A stretch of 64,000 nt of DNA from Nemertoderma westbladi (taxonomy: Eukaryota > Animalia > Xenacoelomorpha), in assembly GCA_032718475.1 (NCBI GenBank), contig JAUCBJ010004672.1, positions 1 through 64,000 on the forward strand, written 5' to 3'. Position numbers and translations under genes: made by a program. The notes beneath the pieces were generated by a model, which had not been told where the DNA came from, searched no databases, and saw nothing but the letters and a program-made list of their open reading frames with translations. Of this stretch, positions 25,874 to 38,600 are shown piece by piece (the first letter of the stretch is position 1; the number at the start of each line of letters is the position of its first letter).

Positions 25874-28861
25874 GGGTCATTCCATGTCAAATCATCCAGT
25901 TATTTTTGATTTTGTAACCCCAGGCCTAGGTCATGGATTTTGATGAAACTTTCACCAAATGATAACTCACATATGGTATGAAAAACCCCAAAATTTCAGC
26001 TCCTTGTATCCACTGGTTCAAAAGATATGGCTCGTCAAAGTTTCGTCTCCGTATCACATTTGGTGAAAAAATTGATCCTATTTATATCCATAATCATTGT
26101 ATATAGATGTCAAAATTGTTCATGCTGGGGTAATTTAGGGTGTTGAACACGAATCTGACATCAAAATTTTGATTGGGAGACCCTAGAGTTTATATTTTCT
26201 CAACTTTTGATAATGACGATTGGCGAAGGACGAAATATTTTTGACTTCTAATTTCCTAATGTAGCTGAATATCTTTGAGCTAGATATTCTCAGTGTAGAT
26301 GTCTGATATACTAAAGTGTATTCACAGAAAAAATTGTGTGTGACATATTTGAAGAACATGATTTATTACTGTTTCATTAAATATTTTCATTATCGCGATC
26401 GCGTCATTCGGAGCGAGGGCTAAACAGGGGGGTTAGGTCATAACATAACATATAGTGGCAATTGACTCAAAGGTTCGGTATTAATGTGAAACTAATGAAA
26501 AAAAAGTAGGGTGCACTGCACCCTCAAGGGTACCACCTACACCTCTTCTTTTTTGGAGACGACTTATTATCGCGATGATCAATATAGCCATTTCAGCACA
26601 ATAGATGCACTTCTAGAGGTCTTATCAAGATGAATTTGGTCTCATTCAAACCCCAATGGTCGATTTAGTGGGTGTAGACACCTTCAAACTAGATTTCAGT
26701 GAATAGTTATTGATATATTACACAAAATGTGAATGATGCCCTAACAGAGACATTAATGCTTCAATGTGAAATATGCACATAACTGAACGAATTTTTCTAA
26801 TTATTCCACTGGATCAGGAATAGGCCCATTTGAACGACAACGATCGATATAGTATGTATAGATAGATACTGGACCTTCATAATAGTAGTTGAGTGACTAG
26901 TTCTTGAGATATTGTACAAATGGGGTTGTCATGTTAAACTGATGTTTGATCAATGGAATGCATTTTGAGAGCAGGACTGTTGTACATCGATGTATGAATA
27001 TCCAGTAAAAATGATACTTCTAATTATACCAATAGGTCAAGAATGGACTCATTGGAACCACAATGATCGATTTAGTTAGTGTGGACACCTTCAAATCAGG
27101 AGTGAATGATCAATTTCCAAGATATTGCATGAAAGGTTCAGGCCTGCTGAACCCAACCATTTAAGTTTCAAAGTGATATAATCATGATATAAGCATAATA
27201 GGTACCACAAACAGTAGTTAACATTCATTACCTTAGAGAATTTAGACATGCTCCTTCAACCTCTTGGTGTAAATTATAAACACTTGCAAAATAACACTAG
27301 AGTGGTAATTTTGCTGAATTGATGCACAAATTAAAAAGGTTGACATTGGCTCAATCATGGAAAAGACTGAGTCAGCCTATACCTTTTGCTCGGTAACTAT
27401 ATATATATAAAACATAAACTTCTCTTCTGTAACTTTGTGAGTGTTTGTACTTTACACCAACAAAATAGAGCATTGCCGAATGTATAAGCATGTCTTAATT
27501 CTCTAAGGTAATGAATGTTAACTATTGTTTGTGGTACCTACTGTTTTTTTAGTTCATGCTTAGATCAGTAACTTTGAAACTCAAGTGGTTGGGTTGGACA
27601 GACCTGAACCTTTCATTTCATGCAATATCTTGGAAATTAATAAACTCATTCCTGAATTGAAGGGGTCCACACTAACTAAATCGATCATTGTGGTTTCAAT
27701 GAGGCTATTCTTGACCTATTGGTATAATTATAAGTATCATTTTTAGTGGATATTCATATATCAATGTGAAACTACAGTGACAGTCATGCTCTCAAACAGC
27801 ATTCCTTTGATAAAACTTTGATACATCATCAGTTAAACATGACAACTTCTTTTGTACAATATCTCAAGAACTATTCACTCTAATACTATTATGAAGGTTT
27901 CTATCTATACATACTATATCGATAATTGTGGTTCCAATGGGCCTATTCCTGATCCAGTGGAATACTTAGAAGAATTCGTTTAGTATGTGCCTACTTCATA
28001 TTGAGGCATAATGTCTCTGGTAGGGCATCATTCACATTTTGTGTAATATATCAATGCCTATTCACTGCAATCTAGTTTTGAAGGTGTCTGCACCCACTAA
28101 ATGAACTATTGTGGTCTGAATGAGACCAAATTCATATTGATAAGACCTCTAGAAGTGCATCTATAATGTTATTGTGCTGAAATGGCTATATTGATGGATC
28201 ATCGCGATAATAAGTCGTCTCCAAAAAAGAAGAGATAGGTACCCTTTAGGGTTACTACATTTTTTTTTTTTTTTTTCAATGTTATGACCTAACAACCCCC
28301 CTCCTGTTTAGCCCTCGCTCCGAATATTACGATCGCGATAATATGATATTTAATGAAACAGTGATAAATCATGTAACTTCAAATATGTCACACACAATTT
28401 TTTCTGTGAATACACTTTAGTATATCAGACATCTACACTGAGAATATCTAGCTCAGAGATATTCAGCTACATTAGGAAATTAGAAGTCAAAAATATTTAG
28501 TCTGTCGCCAATCGTCATTATCAAAAGTTGATAAAATTTAAGTTCTAGCGCCTTACAATCAAAATTTTGATGTCAGATTCGTGTTCAACACCCCAAATTA
28601 CCCCAACATGAACAGTTTTGACATCTATATACAATGATTATGGATATAAATAGAAAAATGTCATCTACGCACCTATCGCGATTGATCAATTTTTTCGCCA
28701 AATGTGATACGGAGACAAAACGATGACGAGCCATAACTTTTGAACCAGTGGATACAAGGGGCTGATTTTCATACCATATGTGGGTTATCATTTGGTGAAA
28801 GTTTCATCAAAATCCATAACCTAGGGATACATGGCCTGGATGACTTGACATGGAATGACCC
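25874..28861. mobile_element. Non-autonomous foldback DNA transposon, about 1.4-kb inverted arms, 4-bp TSD (Sola2-like)
   Basis: CTAC|GGGTCATTCCATGTCAA ... TTGACATGGAATGACCC|CTAC. Arms 25874 to about 27290 and about 27434 to 28861 are diverged reverse complements throughout; no transposase. Superfamily is inferred only from the GGG terminus and 4-bp TSD. Confidence 0.9.
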
Positions 28862-29280
28862 CTACATGACTGACTATATAGGCAACTCGTAATAATTTCA
28901 GTTATAGAGTTACATGTAACATTGTTTCAAATAGTTAGTAACCCTTGTCAGACAATGTACCAACAATGGAATTATTGAATTGGTTTAACTTTCAACATAA
29001 ATAAATATAACTCTTTCGAGTTTTTACCTCACCATCCGTCAGATGACATATATTTAACTGTTATAACTATAAAGAAATATACCTAACTAATCGTGAACTA
29101 TATTGGGTTCCACAATAACCCTCGAATTATGACACATTGATCGCATTGGGTCGCATAAAGTCCTCCAGGTAACCTTATATATCGGTATATACAGTGTGGT
29201 TGTGGTATATTTTATTTTGTAGCCCCTCACCGAATATAATATTCAGACAGTACTTTATCTTACTGTCTTACTCCGATTAG

Positions 29281-29350
29281 AGCCCGGGCCATTTGACCGT
29301 ATCCGCAGTCGGCCGCTGGAGGAGGGGGTGGGGGCTTTTGGAATTATTTG
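29281..29350 (+). other. Candidate 70-nt NMD-inducing (poison) cassette exon of hnRNP L
   Basis: GC-rich island preceded by a pyrimidine tract and AG (CTTTATCTTACTGTCTTACTCCGATTAG|) and followed by a weak donor TTG|GTTAGG; inclusion shifts the frame to TGA at 43301-43303. Confidence 0.4.
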
Positions 29351-29678
29351 GTTAGGTTTATTAGTAGTTTCATTAATTTTTTTTTATTATTTCTCGCTTA
29401 TCCCTATTTAGTCATGGTGGGGTGATTTTAGACATTTTTTTAGATTCATCTCGAGAATTTAATACCTTTTTTTTCTAAAAATTAATGGGCTATCATAAAA
29501 GCGCCAATGTTATTTTTAACGATTTGTGTCGCGATCAGCTACTCTAAAACCAATGTAGCTTCAGAATTACCCAACCAATGGCCAAATTTAACAGTTTGAA
29601 ATATTTTTTTATTCTTTTACTTTTCGTCCTGGGGGACCAGAGTAGAATCCCGGGTGCGGGTGGGCTAGATAGTGTTAA

Positions 29679-32600
29679 TCGGGGTCCAGTCCCCCATGGT
29701 GGGTTATTGTAAGTAACGACTAGAGGCTCTGTGTGTCGGGGTCCAGTCCCCCATGGTGGGTTATTGTAAGTAACGACTAGAGGCTCTGTGTGTCGGGGTC
29801 CAGTCCCCCATGGTGGGTTATTGTAAGTAACGACTAGAGGCTCTGTGTGTCGGGGTCCAGTCCCCCATGGTGGGTTATATTGTAAGTAACGACTAGAGGC
29901 TCTGTGTGTCGGGGTCCAGTCCCCCATGGTGGGTTATATTGTAAGTAACGACTAGAGGCTCTGTGTGTCGGGGTCCAGTCCCCCATGGTGGGTTATATTG
30001 TAAGTAACGACTAGAGGCTCTGTGTGTCGGGGTCCAGTCCCCCATGGTGGGTTATATTGTAAGTAACGACTAGAGGCTCTGTGTGTCGGGGTCCAGTCCC
30101 CCATGGTGGGTTATTGTAAGTAACGACTAGAGGCTCTGTGTGTCGGGGTCCAGTCCCCCATGGTGGGTTATATTGTAAGTAACGACTAGAGGCTCTGTGT
30201 GTCGGGGTCCAGTCCCCCATGGTGGGTTATATTGTAAGTAACGACTAGAGGCTCTGTGTGTCGGGGTCCAGTCCCCCATGGTGGGTTATATTGTAAGTAA
30301 CGACTAGAGGCTCTGTGTGTCGGGGTCCAGTCCCCCATGGTGGGTTATATTGTAAGTAACGACTAGAGGCTCTGTGTGTCGGGGTCCAGTCCCCCATGGT
30401 GGGTTATATTGTAAGTAACGACTAGAGGCTCTGTGTGTCGGGGTCCAGTCCCCCATGGTGGGTTATATTGTAAGTAACGACTAGAGGCTCTGTGTGTCGG
30501 GGTCCAGTCCCCCATGGTGGGTTATATTGTAAGTAACGACTAGAGGCTCTGTGTGTCGGGGTCCAGTCCCCCATGGTGGGTTATATTGTAAGTAACGACT
30601 AGAGGCTCTGTGTGTCGGGGTCCAGTCCCCCATGGTGGGTTATATTGTAAGTAACGACTAGAGGCTCTGTGTGTCGGGGTCCAGTCCCCCATGGTGGGTT
30701 ATATTGTAAGTAACGACTAGAGGCTCTGTGTGTCGGGGTCCAGTCCCCCATGGTGGGTTATATTGTAAGTAACGACTAGAGGCTCTGTGTGTCGGGGTCC
30801 AGTCCCCCATGGTGGGTTATATTGTAAGTAACGACTAGAGGCTCTGTGTGTCGGGGTCCAGTCCCCCATGGTGGGTTATATTGTAAGTAACGACTAGAGG
30901 CTCTGTGTGTCGGGGTCCAGTCCCCCATGGTGGGTTATATTGTAAGTAACGACTAGAGGCTCTGTGTGTCGGGGTCCAGTCCCCCATGGTGGGTTATATT
31001 GTAAGTAACGACTAGAGGCTCTGTGTGTCGGGGTCCAGTCCCCCATGGTGGGTTATATTGTAAGTAACGACTAGAGGCTCTGTGTGTCGGGGTCCAGTCC
31101 CCCATGGTGGGTTATATTGTAAGTAACGACTAGAGGCTCTGTGTGTCGGGGTCCAGTCCCCCATGGTGGGTTATATTGTAAGTAACGACTAGAGGCTCTG
31201 TGTGTCGGGGTCCAGTCCCCCATGGTGGGTTATATTGTAAGTAACGACTAGAGGCTCTGTGTGTCGGGGTCCAGTCCCCCATGGTGGGTTATATTGTAAG
31301 TAACGACTAGAGGCTCTGTGTGTCGGGGTCCAGTCCCCCATGGTGGGTTATATTGTAAGTAACGACTAGAGGCTCTGTGTGTCGGGGTCCAGTCCCCCAT
31401 GGTGGGTTATATTGTAAGTAACGACTAGAGGCTCTGTGTGTCGGGGTCCAGTCCCCCATGGTGGGTTATATTGTAAGTAACGACTAGAGGCTCTGTGTGT
31501 CGGGGTCCAGTCCCCCATGGTGGGTTATATTGTAAGTAACGACTAGAGGCTCTGTGTGTCGGGGTCCAGTCCCCCATGGTGGGTTATATTGTAAGTAACG
31601 ACTAGAGGCTCTGTGTGTCGGGGTCCAGTCCCCCATGGTGGGTTATATTGTAAGTAACGACTAGAGGCTCTGTGTGTCGGGGTCCAGTCCCCCATGGTGG
31701 GTTATATTGTAAGTAACGACTAGAGGCTCTGTGTGTCGGGGTCCAGTCCCCCATGGTGGGTTATATTGTAAGTAACGACTAGAGGCTCTGTGTGTCGGGG
31801 TCCAGTCCCCCATGGTGGGTTATATTGTAAGTAACGACTAGAGGCTCTGTGTGTCGGGGTCCAGTCCCCCATGGTGGGTTATATTGTAAGTAACGACTAG
31901 AGGCTCTGTGTGTCGGGGTCCAGTCCCCCATGGTGGGTTATATTGTAAGTAACGACTAGAGGCTCTGTGTGTCGGGGTCCAGTCCCCCATGGTGGGTTAT
32001 ATTGTAAGTAACGACTAGAGGCTCTGTGTGTCGGGGTCCAGTCCCCCATGGTGGGTTATATTGTAAGTAACGACTAGAGGCTCTGTGTGTCGGGGTCCAG
32101 TCCCCCATGGTGGGTTATATTGTAAGTAACGACTAGAGGCTCTGTGTGTCGGGGTCCAGTCCCCCATGGTGGGTTATATTGTAAGTAACGACTAGAGGCT
32201 CTGTGTGTCGGGGTCCAGTCCCCCATGGTGGGTTATATTGTAAGTAACGACTAGAGGCTCTGTGTGTCGGGGTCCAGTCCCCCATGGTGGGTTATATTGT
32301 AAGTAACGACTAGAGGCTCTGTGTGTCGGGGTCCAGTCCCCCATGGTGGGTTATATTGTAAGTAACGACTAGAGGCTCTGTGTGTCGGGGTCCAGTCCCC
32401 CATGGTGGGTTATATTGTAAGTAACGACTAGAGGCTCTGTGTGTCGGGGTCCAGTCCCCCATGGTGGGTTATATTGTAAGTAACGACTAGAGGCTCTGTG
32501 TGTCGGGGTCCAGTCCCCCATGGTGGGTTATATTGTAAGTAACGACTAGAGGCTCTGTGTGTCGGGGTCCAGTCCCCCATGGTGGGTTATATTGTAAGTA

Positions 32601-35600
32601 ACGACTAGAGGCTCTGTGTGTCGGGGTCCAGTCCCCCATGGTGGGTTATATTGTAAGTAACGACTAGAGGCTCTGTGTGTCGGGGTCCAGTCCCCCATGG
32701 TGGGTTATATTGTAAGTAACGACTAGAGGCTCTGTGTGTCGGGGTCCAGTCCCCCATGGTGGGTTATATTGTAAGTAACGACTAGAGGCTCTGTGTGTCG
32801 GGGTCCAGTCCCCCATGGTGGGTTATATTGTAAGTAACGACTAGAGGCTCTGTGTGTCGGGGTCCAGTCCCCCATGGTGGGTTATATTGTAAGTAACGAC
32901 TAGAGGCTCTGTGTGTCGGGGTCCAGTCCCCCATGGTGGGTTATATTGTAAGTAACGACTAGAGGCTCTGTGTGTCGGGGTCCAGTCCCCCATGGTGGGT
33001 TATATTGTAAGTAACGACTAGAGGCTCTGTGTGTCGGGGTCCAGTCCCCCATGGTGGGTTATATTGTAAGTAACGACTAGAGGCTCTGTGTGTCGGGGTC
33101 CAGTCCCCCATGGTGGGTTATATTGTAAGTAACGACTAGAGGCTCTGTGTGTCGGGGTCCAGTCCCCCATGGTGGGTTATATTGTAAGTAACGACTAGAG
33201 GCTCTGTGTGTCGGGGTCCAGTCCCCCATGGTGGGTTATATTGTAAGTAACGACTAGAGGCTCTGTGTGTCGGGGTCCAGTCCCCCATGGTGGGTTATAT
33301 TGTAAGTAACGACTAGAGGCTCTGTGTGTCGGGGTCCAGTCCCCCATGGTGGGTTATATTGTAAGTAACGACTAGAGGCTCTGTGTGTCGGGGTCCAGTC
33401 CCCCATGGTGGGTTATATTGTAAGTAACGACTAGAGGCTCTGTGTGTCGGGGTCCAGTCCCCCATGGTGGGTTATATTGTAAGTAACGACTAGAGGCTCT
33501 GTGTGTCGGGGTCCAGTCCCCCATGGTGGGTTATATTGTAAGTAACGACTAGAGGCTCTGTGTGTCGGGGTCCAGTCCCCCATGGTGGGTTATATTGTAA
33601 GTAACGACTAGAGGCTCTGTGTGTCGGGGTCCAGTCCCCCATGGTGGGTTATATTGTAAGTAACGACTAGAGGCTCTGTGTGTCGGGGTCCAGTCCCCCA
33701 TGGTGGGTTATATTGTAAGTAACGACTAGAGGCTCTGTGTGTCGGGGTCCAGTCCCCCATGGTGGGTTATATTGTAAGTAACGACTAGAGGCTCTGTGTG
33801 TCGGGGTCCAGTCCCCCATGGTGGGTTATATTGTAAGTAACGACTAGAGGCTCTGTGTGTCGGGGTCCAGTCCCCCATGGTGGGTTATATTGTAAGTAAC
33901 GACTAGAGGCTCTGTGTGTCGGGGTCCAGTCCCCCATGGTGGGTTATATTGTAAGTAACGACTAGAGGCTCTGTGTGTCGGGGTCCAGTCCCCCATGGTG
34001 GGTTATATTGTAAGTAACGACTAGAGGCTCTGTGTGTCGGGGTCCAGTCCCCCATGGTGGGTTATATTGTAAGTAACGACTAGAGGCTCTGTGTGTCGGG
34101 GTCCAGTCCCCCATGGTGGGTTATATTGTAAGTAACGACTAGAGGCTCTGTGTGTCGGGGTCCAGTCCCCCATGGTGGGTTATATTGTAAGTAACGACTA
34201 GAGGCTCTGTGTGTCGGGGTCCAGTCCCCCATGGTGGGTTATATTGTAAGTAACGACTAGAGGCTCTGTGTGTCGGGGTCCAGTCCCCCATGGTGGGTTA
34301 TATTGTAAGTAACGACTAGAGGCTCTGTGTGTCGGGGTCCAGTCCCCCATGGTGGGTTATATTGTAAGTAACGACTAGAGGCTCTGTGTGTCGGGGTCCA
34401 GTCCCCCATGGTGGGTTATATTGTAAGTAACGACTAGAGGCTCTGTGTGTCGGGGTCCAGTCCCCCATGGTGGGTTATATTGTAAGTAACGACTAGAGGC
34501 TCTGTGTGTCGGGGTCCAGTCCCCCATGGTGGGTTATATTGTAAGTAACGACTAGAGGCTCTGTGTGTCGGGGTCCAGTCCCCCATGGTGGGTTATATTG
34601 TAAGTAACGACTAGAGGCTCTGTGTGTCGGGGTCCAGTCCCCCATGGTGGGTTATATTGTAAGTAACGACTAGAGGCTCTGTGTGTCGGGGTCCAGTCCC
34701 CCATGGTGGGTTATATTGTAAGTAACGACTAGAGGCTCTGTGTGTCGGGGTCCAGTCCCCCATGGTGGGTTATATTGTAAGTAACGACTAGAGGCTCTGT
34801 GTGTCGGGGTCCAGTCCCCCATGGTGGGTTATATTGTAAGTAACGACTAGAGGCTCTGTGTGTCGGGGTCCAGTCCCCCATGGTGGGTTATATTGTAAGT
34901 AACGACTAGAGGCTCTGTGTGTCGGGGTCCAGTCCCCCATGGTGGGTTATATTGTAAGTAACGACTAGAGGCTCTGTGTGTCGGGGTCCAGTCCCCCATG
35001 GTGGGTTATATTGTAAGTAACGACTAGAGGCTCTGTGTGTCGGGGTCCAGTCCCCCATGGTGGGTTATATTGTAAGTAACGACTAGAGGCTCTGTGTGTC
35101 GGGGTCCAGTCCCCCATGGTGGGTTATATTGTAAGTAACGACTAGAGGCTCTGTGTGTCGGGGTCCAGTCCCCCATGGTGGGTTATATTGTAAGTAACGA
35201 CTAGAGGCTCTGTGTGTCGGGGTCCAGTCCCCCATGGTGGGTTATATTGTAAGTAACGACTAGAGGCTCTGTGTGTCGGGGTCCAGTCCCCCATGGTGGG
35301 TTATATTGTAAGTAACGACTAGAGGCTCTGTGTGTCGGGGTCCAGTCCCCCATGGTGGGTTATATTGTAAGTAACGACTAGAGGCTCTGTGTGTCGGGGT
35401 CCAGTCCCCCATGGTGGGTTATATTGTAAGTAACGACTAGAGGCTCTGTGTGTCGGGGTCCAGTCCCCCATGGTGGGTTATATTGTAAGTAACGACTAGA
35501 GGCTCTGTGTGTCGGGGTCCAGTCCCCCATGGTGGGTTATATTGTAAGTAACGACTAGAGGCTCTGTGTGTCGGGGTCCAGTCCCCCATGGTGGGTTATT

Positions 35601-38600
35601 GTAAGTAACGACTAGAGGCTCTGTGTGTCGGGGTCCAGTCCCCCATATGGTGGGTTATATTGTAAGTAACGACTAGAGGCTCTGTGTGTCGGGATCCAGT
35701 CCCCCATGGTGGGTTATATTGTAAGTAACGACCAGAGGCTCTGTGTGTCGGGGTCCAGTCCCCCATGGTGGGTTATTGTAAGTAACGACTAGAGGCTCTG
35801 TGTGTCGGGGTCCAGTCCCCCATGGTGGGTTATATTGTAAGTAACGACCAGAGGCTCTGTGTGTCGGGGTCCAGTCCCCCATGGTGGGTTATTGTAAGTA
35901 ACGACTAGAGGCTCTGTGTGTCGGGGTCCAGTCCCCCATGGTGGGTTATATTGTAAGTAACGACCAGAGGCTCTGTGTGTCGGGGTCCAGTCCCCCATGG
36001 TGGGTTATATTGTAAGTAACGACCAGAGGCTCTGTGTGTCGGGGTCCAGTCACCCATGGTGGGTTATATTGTAAGTAACGACCAGAGGCTCTGTGTGTCG
36101 GGGTCCAGTCCCCCATGGTGGGTTATATTGTAAGTAACGACCAGAGGCTCTGTGTGTCGGGGTCCAGTCCCCCATGGTGGGTTATATTGTAAGTAACGAC
36201 TAGAGGCTATGTGTGTCGGGGTCCAGTCCCCCATGGTGGGTTATATTGTAAGTAACGACCAGAGGCTCTGTGTGTCGGGGTCCAGTCACCCATGGTGGGT
36301 TATATTGTAAGTAACGACTAGAGGCTCTGTGTGTCGGGGTCCAGTCCCCCATGGTGGGTTATTGTAAATAATGACTAGAGGCTCTGTGTGTCGGGGTCCA
36401 GTCCCCCATGGTGGGTTATTGTAAGTAACGACTAGAGGCTCTGTGTGTCGGGGTCCAGTCCCCCATGGTGGGTTATTGTAAGTAACGACCAGAGCCTCTG
36501 TGTGTCGGGGTCCAGTCCCCCATGGTGGGTTATTGTAAGTAACGACTAGAGGCTCTGTGTGTCGGGGTCCAGTCCCCCATGGTGGGTTATATTGTAAGTA
36601 ACGACTAGAGGCTCTGTGTGTCGGGGTCCAGTCCCCCATGGTGGGTTATATTGTAAGTAAAGACTAGAGGCTCTGTGTGTCGGGGTCCAGTCACCCATGG
36701 TGGGTTATATTGTAAGTAACGACTAGAGGCTCTGTGTGTCGGGGTCCAGTCCCCCATGGTGGGTTATATTGTAAGTAAAGACTAGAGGCTCTGTGTGTCG
36801 GGGTCCAGTCCCCCATGGTGGGTTATATTGTAAGTAAAGACTAGAGGCTCTGTGTGTCGGGGTCCAGTCCCCCATGGTGGGTTATTGTAAGTAACGACTA
36901 GAGGCTCTGTGTGTCGGGGTCCAGTCCCCCATGGTGGGTTATATTGTAAGTAACGACTAGAGGCTCTGTGTGTCGGGGTCCAGTCCCCCATGGTGGGTTA
37001 TATTGTAAGTAAAGACTAGAGGCTCTGTGTGTCGGGGTCCAGTCCCCCATGGTGGGTTATATTGTAAGTAACGACTAGAGGCTCTGTGTGTCGGGGTCCA
37101 GTCCCCCATGGTGGGTTATATTGTAAGTAAAGACTAGAGGCTCTGTGTGTCGGGGTCCAGTCCCCCATGGTGGGTTATATTGTAAGTAACGACTAGAGGC
37201 TCTGTGTGTCGGGGTCCAGTCCCCCATGGTGGGTTATTGTAAGTAACGACTAGAGGCTCTCTGTGTCGGGGTCCAGTCCCCCATGGTGGGTTATATTGTA
37301 AGTAAAGACTAGAGGCTCTGTGTGTCGGGGACCAGTCCCCCATGGTGGGTTATATTGTAAGTAACGACTAGAGGCTCTGTGTGTCGGGATCCAGTCCCCC
37401 ATGGTGGGTTATTGTAAGTAACGACCAGAGGCTCTGTGTGTCGGGGTCCAGTCCCCCATGGTGGGTTATTGTAAGTAACGACTAGAGGCTCTGTGTGTCG
37501 GGGTCCAGTCCCCCATGGTGGGTTATTGTAAGTAACGACTAGAGGCTCTGTGTGTCGGGGTCCAGTCCCCCATGGTGGGTTATTGTAAGTAACGACTAGA
37601 GGCTCTGTGTGTCGGGGTCCAGTCCCCCATGGTGGGTTATATTGTAAGTAACGACCAGAGGCTCTGTGTGTCGGGGTCCAGTCCCCCATGGTGGGTTATA
37701 TTGTAAGTAAAGACTAGAGGCTCTGTGTGTCGGGGTCCAGTCCCCCATGGTGGGTTATTGTAAGTAACGACTAGAGGCTCTGTGTGTCGGGGTCCAGTCC
37801 CCCATGGTGGGTTATATTGTAAGTAACGACTAGAGGCTCTGTGTGTCGGGGTCCAGTCCCCCATGGTGGGTTATATTGTAAGTAAAGACTAGAGGCTCTG
37901 TGTGTCGGGGTCCAGTCCCCCATGGTGGGTTATTGTAAGTAACGACTAGAGGCTCTGTGTGTCGGGGTCCAGTCCCCCATGGTGGGTTATATTGTAAGTA
38001 AAGACTAGAGGCTCTGTGTGTTGGGGTCCAGTCCCCCATGGTGGGTTATATTGTAAGTAACGACTAGAGGCTCTGTGTGTCGGGGTCCAGTCCCCCATGG
38101 TGGGTTATATTGTAAGTAAAGACTAGAGGCTCTGTGTGTCGGGGTCCAGTCCCCCATGGTGGGTTATATTGTAAGTAACGACTAGAGGCTATGTGTGTCG
38201 GGGTCCAGTCCCCCATGGTGGGTTATATTGTAAGTAACGACTAGAGGCTCTGTGTGTCGGGGTCCAGTCCCCCATGGTGGGTTATATTGTAAGTAACGAC
38301 TAGAGGCTCTGTGTGTCGGGGTCCAGTCCCCCATGGTGGGTTATTGTAAGTAACGACTAGAGGCTCTGTGTGTCGGGGTCCAGTCCCCCATGGTGGGTTA
38401 TATTGTAAGTAACGACTAGAGGCTCTGTGTGTCGGGGTCCAGTCCCCCATGGTGGGTTATATTGTAAGTAACGACTATAGGCTCTGTGTGTCGGGGTCCA
38501 GTCACCCATGGTGGGTTATATTGTAAGTAACGACTAGAGGCTCTGTGTGTCGGGGTCCAGTCACCCATAGTGGGTTATATTGTAAGTAACGACTAGAGGC

